Below, one piece after another: positions 37,309-47,400 of a stretch of 64,000 nucleotides of DNA (positions within the stretch are counted from its first letter, which is position 1; each line of letters starts with the position of its first letter). The stretch is from contig JBBRSP010000007.1 of NCBI GenBank assembly GCA_038245295.1, forward strand, positions 32,001-96,000, read 5' to 3'. The notes beneath the pieces were generated by a model. That model was not told where the DNA came from. It did not search any database and worked only from the letters and a program-made list of their open reading frames with translations. This DNA is from Candidatus Binatia bacterium. Its GTDB lineage: Bacteria > Desulfobacterota > Binatia > HRBIN30. A program made the translations under genes and the position numbers.

Positions 37309-37318
37309 GGAGAACAAC

Positions 37319-37996
37319 ATGAACGGCACTGACATCCAGTACACCACCCGAAACCACGAGACGTTCGACGGCTATCTCACCGCGCCGGCCGGCAACGCCA
37401 AGGCGCCCGGCATCCTGCTGATCACCGCCATCTTCGGCGTCGATCAGGAGATGCGCGAACTAGCCGACGCCTGGGCGGCCGACGGGTTCGTCGTCTCCGT
37501 GCCCGACATTTTCTGGCGCCAGATTCCTGGGCCGACGGCAGACATCAATGTGGCATTCGACCGCTACGGCAAGTTCGATCCGGTGCAAGGCATGCTCGAC
37601 ATCGAGGACCTGGTGCGTGATCTGAAGGCGCAGCCGCGCTGCAGCGGTAAGGTAGCGATCCTCGGCTTCTGTTTCGGCGGCCGCTACGCGCTGCTGAGTG
37701 CAGCCCGCCTCGACGTCGACGCTGCCGCCTCCTTCCACGGCGCCGGGATGGGCCAGCACCTCGATGAGGTCGACAAGATCACCTGCCCGGTGAGCTTCCA
37801 TTTCGGCGACGACGACCCGGTGGTGCCCATGGCAGAAGTCGAAGCCATTCAGAAAGCATTCGCGGGCCGCGCCAACGCCGATGTTGGTGTCTACGCAACC
37901 GGCCACAACTTCGCGATGCCGCACAAGGACGGCTACAACGCCGCCGCGGCGAAGGAGGCGCGTGAGCGGACGCTGCGCTGCTTCAAGTCGATGTGA
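37319..37996 (+). CDS. Dienelactone hydrolase family protein
   Basis: GFCFGG nucleophile elbow, FGDDDP, GHNF. Confidence 0.9.
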   Translation: MNGTDIQYTTRNHETFDGYLTAPAGNAKAPGILLITAIFGVDQEMRELADAWAADGFVVSVPDIFWRQIPGPTADINVAFDRYGKFDPVQGMLDIEDLVRDLKAQPRCSGKVAILGFCFGGRYALLSAARLDVDAAASFHGAGMGQHLDEVDKITCPVSFHFGDDDPVVPMAEVEAIQKAFAGRANADVGVYATGHNFAMPHKDGYNAAAAKEARERTLRCFKSM

Positions 37997-38008
37997 GGCA
38001 GATCCTCG

Positions 38009-38130
38009 TCTCGCGCCAAGGCGCCAGGTAAAATGGCTATGCGGCGTTCCTTCTTGATGGACTCAACACCATCCGTGTTTATCCGTGTAATCCGAGGTTG
38101 CGCATTGCGTCTTGGCGTCTTGGCGTGAGA
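38009..38130. repeat. Short intergenic tandem/inverted repeats
   Basis: TCTCGCGCCAAGGCGCCAGG...CTTGGCGTCTTGGCGTGAGA flanking ATCCGTGTTTATCCGTGTAATCCG. Confidence 0.55.
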
Positions 38131-38187
38131 ACTTCTTGACGTGTGCGAGTCCTGGTTGTTCCCAACGATGTTTACCTGGAGGCCCCG

Positions 38188-38559
38188 ATGGTCCAACTCA
38201 AACCCCTCGACGCAACGGTACCGATCTTCCAGCAGCTGAGCTCGGACGTATCACCGGTCGTCCTCGTCAATCTGTTTCACGTCGCCGAAGGCGACATCCC
38301 CGCTCTGCTCGAGGCCTGGGAGGCCGACGCCAACTGGATGAAGCAACAACCTGGCTACATCTCGACGCAGCTGCATCAAGGCATTGCCGGCAGCACGGTG
38401 TTCATGAACTACGCGGTGTGGGAATCCGTCGCCCACTTTCGCGCGGCGTTCAATCATCCGGAATTCAAGAAGGCACTGGAGCACTACCCGTCGTCCGCCG
38501 TGGCGTCGCCGCATCTCTTCACACGGCTGACGGTGCCGAATCTTTGCGTCGGGCCATAA
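38188..38559 (+). CDS. Antibiotic biosynthesis monooxygenase (ABM) family protein
   Basis: VVLVNLF, QPGYISTQLH, NYAVWES; GGAGG RBS. Confidence 0.9.
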   Translation: MVQLKPLDATVPIFQQLSSDVSPVVLVNLFHVAEGDIPALLEAWEADANWMKQQPGYISTQLHQGIAGSTVFMNYAVWESVAHFRAAFNHPEFKKALEHYPSSAVASPHLFTRLTVPNLCVGP

Positions 38560-38561
38560 GG

Positions 38562-38760
38562 AGACTGCCTCAAAACCTGGGGGCCGGCTTCGACAAGCCC
38601 ATGGTTCGACGAGCTCACCACGAGCGGATGCTTGGTTGATTTTAAAGACAGTTTTCCCGCTCGCCTTGAGCCCCGCTCATCCTGAGCTGGCTTTGCACGT
38701 AACTTCGACGAGCAGAGCTTGTCGAAGGACGAAGGGTGAGCCAATGTTTTGAGACACCCT
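38562..38760. mobile_element. Possible third MITE
   Basis: Imperfect TIRs AGACTGCCTCAAAAC / GTTTTGAGACACCCT (12/15 match) around TTCGACGAGCTCACCACGAGCGG...CCGCTCATCCTGAGC...TTGTCGAAGG palindromes; no clean target duplication. Confidence 0.5.
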
Positions 38761-38822
38761 AAGGGCCACGCCTGACGACGCAGGCGACGTCGCGGACGCA
38801 GGCGCAGGCGGGCGATGACGGA

Positions 38823-39905
38823 TCAGTCGAAGCGGTAGAGATCTTTACAGTTCGTCACGGTGACACGCTCAACCAGCGCCGCATCGAGTCCGTGGAATGC
38901 CTTTTCAATCGCCTGGCGCGAGAACGGGAAGGTACTGTCGGGATGAGGATAGTCGGAGGCCCACATGCAGTTCTCGGCGCCGACGAGGGGAATGAGCTGC
39001 GGGCCGAAGGCTTCTTCCTCGAACGTCGCGAAGACCTGTCGGCGGAACAGCTCGCTCGGCTTGGTCTTGATCCGATAGTCGCTCGCCTTGGGGGTGTGTT
39101 TCTCGAACATCTGGTCCATGCGGGCGATGAAGTACGGCAGCCAGCCGATGCCGCATTCGGCGAGCACCAGGCGTAGCTCGGGATTACGCTCCAGCGGTCC
39201 GGCGAAGATCATCATCGCCAGCGGCTCGTCCATGTTCATCGGTGTCACCGTCGCCCACGCCGCCAACTCCCAGCCGCCCCACGACACGGCAAGACGCGAG
39301 GTGCCGCCGCCGATGTGAAAACTGATCGGCAGGCATGTCGACGCAGCGGCTTCCCAGAATGGCTCCCAGGCAGGATCAGCGGGCAAGAACTCGAACGGGC
39401 TGATGATGGCGCCGCGATGTCCGGCCGCCGCCACCCGCTCGAGCTCGGCGATTGCCGCCTGCGGCGTATGGGTTGGCAGCACGGGCAGCGCACACAAGCG
39501 ACCACCGCTGCGTTGATGAAACTCGAGACCCCAGTCGTTGTAGGCCGCCAGCGACGCGGCCTTGAGCTCGGGATCGGCGATTGGCAGGCCGAGCAGATTT
39601 GGTCCGTAGATCACCGATGCGAATACTCCATCGCGTTCCATATCGGCGAGACGCAGCTCCGGGTTCGAGGCGTGGAAGCCATCGTCTTCGATGCCCGCGC
39701 GGGTGATGGCACTGAGGTCCTTCATCATGCGCATGCCGTGTGGACCCATCACCGAGCCATCACAGCTCCACCACAGGGAGCCATTCATCTCGACCACACG
39801 CGGGCCGCGTTCGCGCCACTTCGAGGGCAGGCGTGCTTCCCAGACATCACGCGGTAGGTTCCACAGATCGAGATGATCGTCGCAGGAGTACAGTCGCTGA
39901 GTCAT
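38823..39905 (-). CDS. Amidohydrolase_2 family protein
   Basis: SCDDH, RLADMERDG, PISFHIG, AECGIGW, MWASDYPH. Confidence 0.9.
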   Translation of the reverse strand: MTQRLYSCDDHLDLWNLPRDVWEARLPSKWRERGPRVVEMNGSLWWSCDGSVMGPHGMRMMKDLSAITRAGIEDDGFHASNPELRLADMERDGVFASVIYGPNLLGLPIADPELKAASLAAYNDWGLEFHQRSGGRLCALPVLPTHTPQAAIAELERVAAAGHRGAIISPFEFLPADPAWEPFWEAAASTCLPISFHIGGGTSRLAVSWGGWELAAWATVTPMNMDEPLAMMIFAGPLERNPELRLVLAECGIGWLPYFIARMDQMFEKHTPKASDYRIKTKPSELFRRQVFATFEEEAFGPQLIPLVGAENCMWASDYPHPDSTFPFSRQAIEKAFHGLDAALVERVTVTNCKDLYRFD

Positions 39906-39958
39906 GGGTGGTTAGTACCATCGCGGCGGCGCGCACGTCTACGTTTGTTGCGAGGCGG

Positions 39959-40004
39959 AGGGTACAGGGTACGGGGTACAGGGTACGGTCGAACCCTGCA
40001 CCCC
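39959..40004. repeat. Heptamer tandem repeat (RGGGTAC)n with inverted copy
   Basis: AGGGTAC AGGGTAC GGGGTAC AGGGTAC...ACCCTGCACCCC. Confidence 0.6.
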
Positions 40005-40085
40005 AGCTCTTTGTAGGTGCCCGTGGGCCATGGCACCGTGCTAGTGGATAGCGTGAAGGCCGGCTCGGAGCCGCGAGAGGAACAA

Positions 40086-40529
40086 ATGCTGAAAACCATC
40101 AGGATCAGTGCCGCGACGTTCGTCGTCGTCTTCGTGCTGGCGCAGGCCATTCGCATCAACACCGTGAACCCGCGCGTCGACGGAGACATCGCGGCGCCGC
40201 CGGCGGTCGCCAAGCTGTTGCGCGGCGCCTGTTACGACTGCCATTCCAACGAAACGGTATGGCCGTGGTACAGCCAGGTCGCGCCGATCTCCTGGCTGCT
40301 GTCCAGCGACGTCGACGAAGGACGACGCGAGCTCAACTTCTCGGCCTGGAGCACGTACGATCCGAAACGGCAGGCCAAGAAGCTACGCGAGACGGCGAAG
40401 GAGATCGACGAGAACGACATGCCGCCCTGGTACTACGTCCTGGCTCACGCCGACGCCAAGCTGTCGGACGCTGAGCGTGCAACGCTGCGCGCCTGGGCGG
40501 TCGACGAGGCAGGCAAGCTGCCGAAGTGA
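40086..40529 (+). CDS. Haem-binding domain (Haem_bd) c-type cytochrome
   Basis: ACYDCHSNETVWPWYSQVAP, GRRELNFS, MPP.YY..H. Confidence 0.9.
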   Translation: MLKTIRISAATFVVVFVLAQAIRINTVNPRVDGDIAAPPAVAKLLRGACYDCHSNETVWPWYSQVAPISWLLSSDVDEGRRELNFSAWSTYDPKRQAKKLRETAKEIDENDMPPWYYVLAHADAKLSDAERATLRAWAVDEAGKLPK

Positions 40530-40620
40530 CTGGCCCCCTCTCCCACCACCAGGCTTGCATTCACGGTGGGCGAGGGAGCACCTTTGAATCTGGATCGCCC
40601 TGGGTGAGAGAGTCGAGACC

Positions 40621-42375
40621 ATGAAACTCCTGGGCTTCGTATCCATCCTCCTCCTTTGCCTGCTCGCCGCCTGTGGCGAGGAAGCGGGCTCGGGCACGAC
40701 AACTTCCACTCGCGTTGCCCAGTGGGACCGCCTGGATCTGCCATTGCCGCTCGCTGTGGACCAAGGCAATCCGTTCAATCCCGCCGAAGTGCAGGTGGAC
40801 GTCGAGCTCACCGCGCCGAGCGGCTCTTCCATCGTCATCCCTGCTTTCGTCGGACGCGCGTTCCAGCGCGCCCTCGTCGACAACCACGAAGTTCTTACAC
40901 CCGCCGGTGAGCTGCGTTGGCAAGCGCGCTTCACGCCAACTGAGATCGGCCTGTGGCACTGGCGGTGGCGCCGACAGCGCGCCGCTGCCGTCGACGTCGG
41001 CAACTGGCAGAGCTTCGAAGCGACTCCGCCACATGGCGACCAACACGGCTTCATCCGACGCAGCCAGCGCGACACGCGTTATCTCGAGTTCGATGACGGA
41101 CACCCCTACTGGGCGCTCGGTGAGAACTTATCTTGGTACGCCGGCCAGGGAACCTTCGACTACGATCGCTGGATCGCCGACCTGAAGGCCAACGGCTGCA
41201 ACTATATTCGCCTCTGGATGCCGAGTTGGGCCTTCGCGCCGGAGTGGATCGAACGCGACAGCCACGGCGCCGTCGCCCAGTCGAGTCTCGGCAATTACGA
41301 AAGACGCCTCGATCGCCTGTGGCAACTCGACCACGTGATCGAGACGGCCGAGCGTCAGGGCATGTATGTCATGTTGTCGCTGTTCAACCACGGCGCCTTC
41401 TCTCTCGACTTCAACTCCGAGTGGGCCGACAACCCGTACAACGTCGCCAACGGTGGGCCGCTCGCACAGCCGCGCGACTTCTTCACCAATCCGCAGGCAA
41501 TCGAGCTGGTGCGTCGGCGCCTGCGCTACATCGCCGCACGTTGGGGTTACTCGCCGAACATCATGAGTTGGGAGCTGTGGAACGAAGTTGATCTCGCCGA
41601 TCACCCGACCGGCGGTGAGGTCGAACAGTGGCATCAGCAGATGGGCGATCTGCTGCGCCAGCTCGACCCCAATGATCATCTCATCTCAACGTCGTTGGCG
41701 ACGCGTTATCAACTGCTCAACCTGTGGAAGCTCGACAACGTCGACTTCACGCAGCTCCACCTGTACTCGTTTGCCGGCATCCCTCTCAATTTCACCGAGC
41801 TCGTGCCGGTGGCGATCGGGCGTCTGGCGCGCAACAGCAAGCCGGTGCTGTTCGGCGAAGGTGGTGTCGACTCGCGCGGGCCGGCCGAGACAATCGCCAA
41901 TGACCCGAACGCCGACGGCTTCCACGACATTCTATGGAGTGGGCTGACCAGCGAGAGCTTTGGAAGCGGTATGTCGTGGTGGTGGGACAACGTCGTCGAG
42001 CCACAGAATCTCTACTCCCACTTCGCGCCGCTGGCGGCGCTGACCAAAGGGGTCGACTTTGCCGGCGAGGGCTTCGGCGTGCAGCACCTCAGCAGCACCG
42101 CGGGCAGTGGTCAGAGCGTGAATACGACTTGGCTGGTCGGACGGAACACGGTGTTGGCGTGGATCAAAAATGCCGGTCATCAATGGACCGCACCCGATCC
42201 GTCGCCGGTCAGCGGTGCGGTGCTCACGCTGCCGGAGCTGCCGGCGGGTGCCTGGACGGCGACCTGGATCGACACGCGCACCAACGCTCACACTACAGCA
42301 GGAGCGATTGCCGCCGCGACGATCGAAGTGCCGGTGTTCGAACGCGACACCGCGTTGCGCCTTGATCGGCGCTAG
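40621..42375 (+). CDS. Lipoprotein, DUF5060 + GH5-like (clan GH-A) glycoside hydrolase
   Basis: Lipobox LAAC; NPFNP, WQARFTP..G.W; WELWNE acid/base; PVLFGE nucleophile. Confidence 0.8.
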   Translation: MKLLGFVSILLLCLLAACGEEAGSGTTTSTRVAQWDRLDLPLPLAVDQGNPFNPAEVQVDVELTAPSGSSIVIPAFVGRAFQRALVDNHEVLTPAGELRWQARFTPTEIGLWHWRWRRQRAAAVDVGNWQSFEATPPHGDQHGFIRRSQRDTRYLEFDDGHPYWALGENLSWYAGQGTFDYDRWIADLKANGCNYIRLWMPSWAFAPEWIERDSHGAVAQSSLGNYERRLDRLWQLDHVIETAERQGMYVMLSLFNHGAFSLDFNSEWADNPYNVANGGPLAQPRDFFTNPQAIELVRRRLRYIAARWGYSPNIMSWELWNEVDLADHPTGGEVEQWHQQMGDLLRQLDPNDHLISTSLATRYQLLNLWKLDNVDFTQLHLYSFAGIPLNFTELVPVAIGRLARNSKPVLFGEGGVDSRGPAETIANDPNADGFHDILWSGLTSESFGSGMSWWWDNVVEPQNLYSHFAPLAALTKGVDFAGEGFGVQHLSSTAGSGQSVNTTWLVGRNTVLAWIKNAGHQWTAPDPSPVSGAVLTLPELPAGAWTATWIDTRTNAHTTAGAIAAATIEVPVFERDTALRLDRR

Positions 42376-42398
42376 GGGCGGTTCGCGAACCGCCCCTA
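42373..42398. repeat. Perfect 26-bp palindrome (GTAG-REP-like; possible bidirectional terminator)
   Basis: TAGGGGCGGTTCGCGAACCGCCCCTA between convergent genes; degenerate copy at 1019-1041. Confidence 0.75.
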
Positions 42399-42407
42399 AT
42401 AATCCGA

Positions 42408-42875
42408 TCAGGCGCCGTAGGCGCCGCCGAGGTGGTCGTATACATCAACGCCGGCCGCGAGATCGCTCTTGAACTTGGCGTGATCGACGTGTCGTTCGAG
42501 TCCGTCGACCAGGTACGCCAGGAAGTCTCGCGTCGATAGGATCCCAACCGGCCGCGACTTCTCCAGCACCGGCAGATGACGGAACTTGCGGGCCCGGAAG
42601 ATCGCCAACACCTGCTTGAGCGGCTGATCGACATCGATCGTCGCCACCGTGCCGGTGCAGACCTGGCCAACCTTGGTCGTTTGCGGATCACGATGCTCGG
42701 TGATGACGCGGCTGACCAGGTCGCGTTCCGAGAACAACCCGAGTAGTCCGTCTTGATCAACCACGAGGACGGCGCCGACACGGTTCTGCCGCATGCGATT
42801 TGCCGCCTCGAGAACCGTATCTTCGGGCGCCACCGTTACCATTTCCGTCACCATCAAGTCGCGAATCGCTGCCAT
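42408..42875 (-). CDS. CBS domain pair protein
   Basis: VGAVLVV..GLFSERDL; FRHLPV..VGILSTRD. Confidence 0.9.
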   Translation of the reverse strand: MAAIRDLMVTEMVTVAPEDTVLEAANRMRQNRVGAVLVVDQDGLLGLFSERDLVSRVITEHRDPQTTKVGQVCTGTVATIDVDQPLKQVLAIFRARKFRHLPVLEKSRPVGILSTRDFLAYLVDGLERHVDHAKFKSDLAAGVDVYDHLGGAYGA

Positions 42876-43183
42876 CTGTCGGTTCTCCTCGCCCTCTCAG
42901 CAGTGCAAGGCCTCTGCCAGCGGTGATCGGCGCCTGCAACGGTTACGATCGTGGCGGCACTCTCCCACATGTGAGAACTCATCGTCGTCCCGGCGGAGGC
43001 CGGGACGATGTCACACAAGCTGGGAACTCAACATGATCGTCGCCGCGGCGCGATTCTCATCTCTGCCGACCATACGCAGCTCCGATTCCCGGGGCTAACG
43101 GAAGAAGTCCCGAGCCACTCAACACGGCGGTGCATCAACGAAGCGGCGTCGGAATTGCAGTTCGCAAGCGATCGGAGGTGTCT

Positions 43184-43462
43184 ATGCGCCGTGACCTCGG
43201 CCGCAGCGAACCGGTGGCCGCAGGGACGTATTACCTCGTCAATGTCGTGGACCCACTCGGCTTGCTGCTCGAATCCGACCCCAATCTGATGCACAACGCC
43301 GGCGTCGTCAGCATCGACATTCCGGCCCGCATCGGCACCAACGAACTGCCGCAGCCAACCCCGACGTCATCGATCATCCCGACACCATCACGCACGCGCC
43401 GACCACATCCACCGCATCTACCGCGAGCGCCGCGGCCCGGGCGAACGCCGATCCCACGCTAA
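43184..43462 (+). pseudogene. 3' remnant of a secreted protein (CARDB/lysyl-oxidase-like C-terminus + PT tail)
   Basis: GTYYLVNVVDPLGLLLESD...N motif with no upstream domain or signal peptide. Confidence 0.4.
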
Positions 43463-43525
43463 AACCGGCGCCGCGTCGTCATCCCGGCAAGCACGCGCTT
43501 CTTGCGCGTCGGCGTTAGGCGCGAA

Positions 43526-43864
43526 TTAGGCGCCAAGAATCTCGTTGAGGCCTTCCAGCACCTGCGCCAACTCTTCAGGCGACGCCCGCGCGAGCCGCTT
43601 CCCAATGCGCTCCGTCGCTAACGTCCGGATCTGGCTAATTTTGACCCACGATCGTTTGGGCAAACGGGGCGCCGTCAACTCCAGCGTCAGTGGAAACCCT
43701 GCCCGTTGTGCCTGGCTCGTCAACGCGACCGCGATGACCGTTCCCGAGCGTTCGTTGAAGACATCATGGCTCAGGACCAACACCGGCCGTTGTCCGCCCT
43801 GCTCACTCCCTTGCGTCGGGTTGAGATCCGCCCACCGGATCTCAACCCTCAATATTCCGGCCAT
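43526..43864 (-). CDS. mazF: PemK/MazF family toxin
   Basis: WADLNPTQGSEQGGQRPVLVLS; SQIRTL..ERIG. Confidence 0.9.
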   Translation of the reverse strand: MAGILRVEIRWADLNPTQGSEQGGQRPVLVLSHDVFNERSGTVIAVALTSQAQRAGFPLTLELTAPRLPKRSWVKISQIRTLATERIGKRLARASPEELAQVLEGLNEILGA

Positions 43865-44091
43865 CGCGCGACGTTCCCCGCGAGCCCCTCCTCCGCCATC
43901 GCACACTCGGCCAGCGGATCGAGCTTCGCGCACTCGTCGGCAAGCCGTCGCCGCTCGAGCCGCTCGAGCTGCGCCGAGACGGCAGCTTCAATCGCCTGAC
44001 TACGGTTTGGATACCGGGCATCGCGCACGAGACGGTCGACCCGCCGAAGCGTTTGGGTGTCGAGCGTAACGGCGACCTTCGTTTTGGCCAT
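43849..44091 (-). CDS. Ribbon-helix-helix antitoxin
   Basis: MAKTKVAVTLD...YPNRSQAIEAAV; overlaps the toxin start; GTAT-gcga-ATAC palindrome and TAGAAT upstream. Confidence 0.85.
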   Translation of the reverse strand: MAKTKVAVTLDTQTLRRVDRLVRDARYPNRSQAIEAAVSAQLERLERRRLADECAKLDPLAECAMAEEGLAGNVARWPEY

Positions 44092-44223
44092 GAGACACCT
44101 CGGGGTATGCGAATACATTCTACCCACAGGGCCGACAAGATGTGCGGAACATCACCGCGGTCGGATGCAGAACTCTAACGGACTTACGCAAAAATCGGAT
44201 GTACGGACCGGCGTTCCTACAAG

Positions 44224-44274
44224 TCGCTCGACCGGACGCTGCAAGTGCGGTACGTCCGGCGGTCCGTGCCCTTC
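44224..44274 (+). repeat. 51-bp repeat, copy A (copy B at 49366-49416)
   Basis: 47/51 identical by eye; both copies are preceded by GTACGGACC, which can pair with the internal GGTCCGTGC. Confidence 0.75.
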
Positions 44275-44432
44275 AACTCAAAAGCAGTGACCAATCAATC
44301 GCCGCCGCGCGATACGCGCGCTTGAACGCGCTCCAAAGGAAATTGGCTCGACAAACCGACTCGCAACCCACAGTGTGACGCCCAATCCGGGGGGACCTCG
44401 TTTTGGACACGCTCACGGCACGATCGCGAAGA

Positions 44433-47400
44433 ATGCGGCTCACACCAACCATCGGGCTCTTCGTCGGCCTGTTGCTGACGCAACCGAGGCCTTCCATTGC
44501 GGCGGAAGCCCTCTACGTCGCGGACACTGCCAGGGATCGGATCGTCATCGCCGATCCGGAGACGTTGAAGGTCGTCGATTCGATCCCACTGGGCTCGGGG
44601 ATCCGGCCGTTCGGCCTTGCGCTGAGCGCCGACGAACTTCACCTGTTCGTGACCGCCGAGCTCGGCACAGTCGCCACGGTGGATCTCGCACGCCGGTCCA
44701 TCACTCGGAAGGCAACGGGAGGCTACGGGTACGAACGGCCGATCCTGACAGGGGCGGCGGCCGCACAGTTCCTGGTTCTTGGATCGACGATCTTCGACAC
44801 CATATCCCTGGGAGTCGTCGGTGGATTCAATAGTGCATACACTCCGACGGCGGGACTGTCGGTCCTCCCAGCGTCGGTCATTGCCAACAACGAACACACG
44901 ATCAATCGCCTCGATGTGCAAACCCGACGGGTTGCGGCAACCTACTTCTCGCAAAGCAAAATCGTCGCACTTGTCGCAACGCGCGATGGTAAGGAAGTCT
45001 GGTACGGCGACCGAACTCACTTGGTTCAGCTCGACTCGACCACGCTGGCTCCCCTCGCTGAGGTCCCTCTAGTTGGAGTGAATCTGCTGATCGCCGACCC
45101 TGAGCGGGGTATCTGGGCGCAGTCGGGCGGGCGGTTCATTCCGATCGTTGGGGGTGAGTTCAATCCTTCGCGCTCGTTGCCGGCTCCGCAGGTGACGAGT
45201 GCAACGCGTGCCCATATCCTGGCCGACGGTCGGCTCATCCTGGTTGATCTGACGATGCGGGCGTACGTTATTGTCGACCCCACGCTACCCGTACAAACGC
45301 AACAGTATCGCTTGGAGCGGCCCGAGGAACCAATCGAGGACATCGTCTTCAGCAGCCGCAGCGCGCGCGCCTGGCTGGCTCGGCGGTCGGGGATCTACGA
45401 GTTGGACCTCGATCACCAAACCGAAACGCCGGTGCTTGCCGCCGCCGCACCTGTTGAGCTTGCATCGGATCCGACAGGAACGCGGCTCGCGGTTGCCGAT
45501 CAAGCCGCGCGCGCGGTGCTCCTCATCAACGTGGAAGATGGCGCACAGACGACGATCGCAACCGGCGGTGAACCATCGAGCATAACATTTCATCCCAGCG
45601 GTAACGCCGTCTTCGTAGCCGGGCACGAATTCATCCGCGCCTACGACCTGTCCGGCCGCTTGCTGCATTCCTACGACGCGGGGTGGTTCGAACATCCAGC
45701 GGTCTCACCTGATGGCAAGCTCCTGTTTGTGACCGATCACCAGGAAACCGTTGCGGTGTTCGACGTCGAGTCCGCCGCCTTGCTCCGTCAAGTCGACCTC
45801 GGTGGTCCGGGCGACACCGTCTTTGGTAACATCGCTTTCGATCACAGCGGAAATGCCTTCCTGGCACAGCCCGATGGCTACACCGTGTGGCGCTTCGATC
45901 TGGCCACGCTCGAGCCCTATCCAACCGCATTGCAAGGCCAAGCTCGCAGTGTGGTCTTTGACTCAACACGCAACACGCTTCTTGCGTCCCTCGATCCCCC
46001 GTATCCGCACGACCGCGACGAGGCACACAACTCCATCGTGGCGACCCTCGCGCTCGCCACGATGAGCTCGGGGCGCCCGATGGGCCTGGACGGATCAGCC
46101 GGCTCGCTTGCCATCAGCGCCGACCACAAATGGCTGGCTGCCGCCGCGTCTCTCCAAGGCGGCGTGCAATTGATCAGCCTCGAACGCGGCGCGACTCAGG
46201 GGTTCATCGGAATGCCGGCTGGGAGCTTGGTATTCGCTAGGAAGCCAGCTGTCCGGTTTGGACTAACCGAGCTGGGGCTCAACACCGCCATTGCCTCGCC
46301 TGTCGTCCCAGACCTCGAGAAGGCATCGGCCAACAGCTCTGTCGGGCTCGACATGATCTGGGCCGGTACGCCGAGCACCCACGCGGGGCTTGGCGAGATT
46401 TCCTTCTTCTTTGATCGCGCCACAGCGGTTCGCCCGGTCTCGTCAGACACTCCCGACTGCAAACTGGTCGGTCCGTTCGAAGGTTGCACTCTGGCCGCAG
46501 CCTTCCGCCCGCGCGGCTGCGAACCGGGCATTTCCTGCGATCATGTGGCGTGGCGTCCGGCCTGCCCGTCGAAACGTCTCCTACAACCCGGACAGTCCCT
46601 GCTGCGCTGCACCGTCGACGTATCGCCCGACGCAGCGCCCGGATTGCATCCGGTAGCCGGGAACACGTGGTCGAACGTCGACGGCGTCGGCTTCACCGGT
46701 GGCGTCGTTGTCACCTCTGGCGAGGCGAGAGCCGGCACACCATCACGCACACCGTATCCGACACGTACCCCTACCGTCACATCCACGCCAACCGCCACAC
46801 CACACCATCCACAAATCTTGATCGACGCCCGGCCGTCGACACTTGCGCCGGGCGAGGACCTTCTCGTGGCAACCGTGCTTCTCGGCGATAGCAGCAACAT
46901 CGTGAGCCTCGAGTACGACGTCGACTTACCGCCGGACATCACCATCGATTCAGATGCCTACGGTTCTCCGATCTGCGTCAGATCCAACGCCGATCGGTTC
47001 AGCGCGGTTTCCGTGTCGCCTTCGGGGGCCTGCGACACGGGTGCTGCAACTTGCGGTTCACGATTGCATGGCTTCGTCCCGGCGACGGCGTCCGGTGTTC
47101 GCCAGATCGGTGATGGCCCGATCGTGCAGTGCCATGCTCATGTGCGCAGCGACGCCGACGCGGGAGAGATCCTCCTGACGGCGGCCTTCTTTTCATCGAC
47201 AAGCGATCCCTATGTCGTCAACGAGCCGCTCGTCGCAACGAGCCGGTTGACCATCCGTGGCTCCGGCACACCTCAGTCGTCACCGACTCCCACGGTGACG
47301 CCGACGCCCAGCGCCACAGCCCCCGACCTTGCCGACGATGCCGAGCTCAACGGCGTCATCGTGTACGCGGGACTGGGCGGTGTAGGTATCGCCGCCGTCG

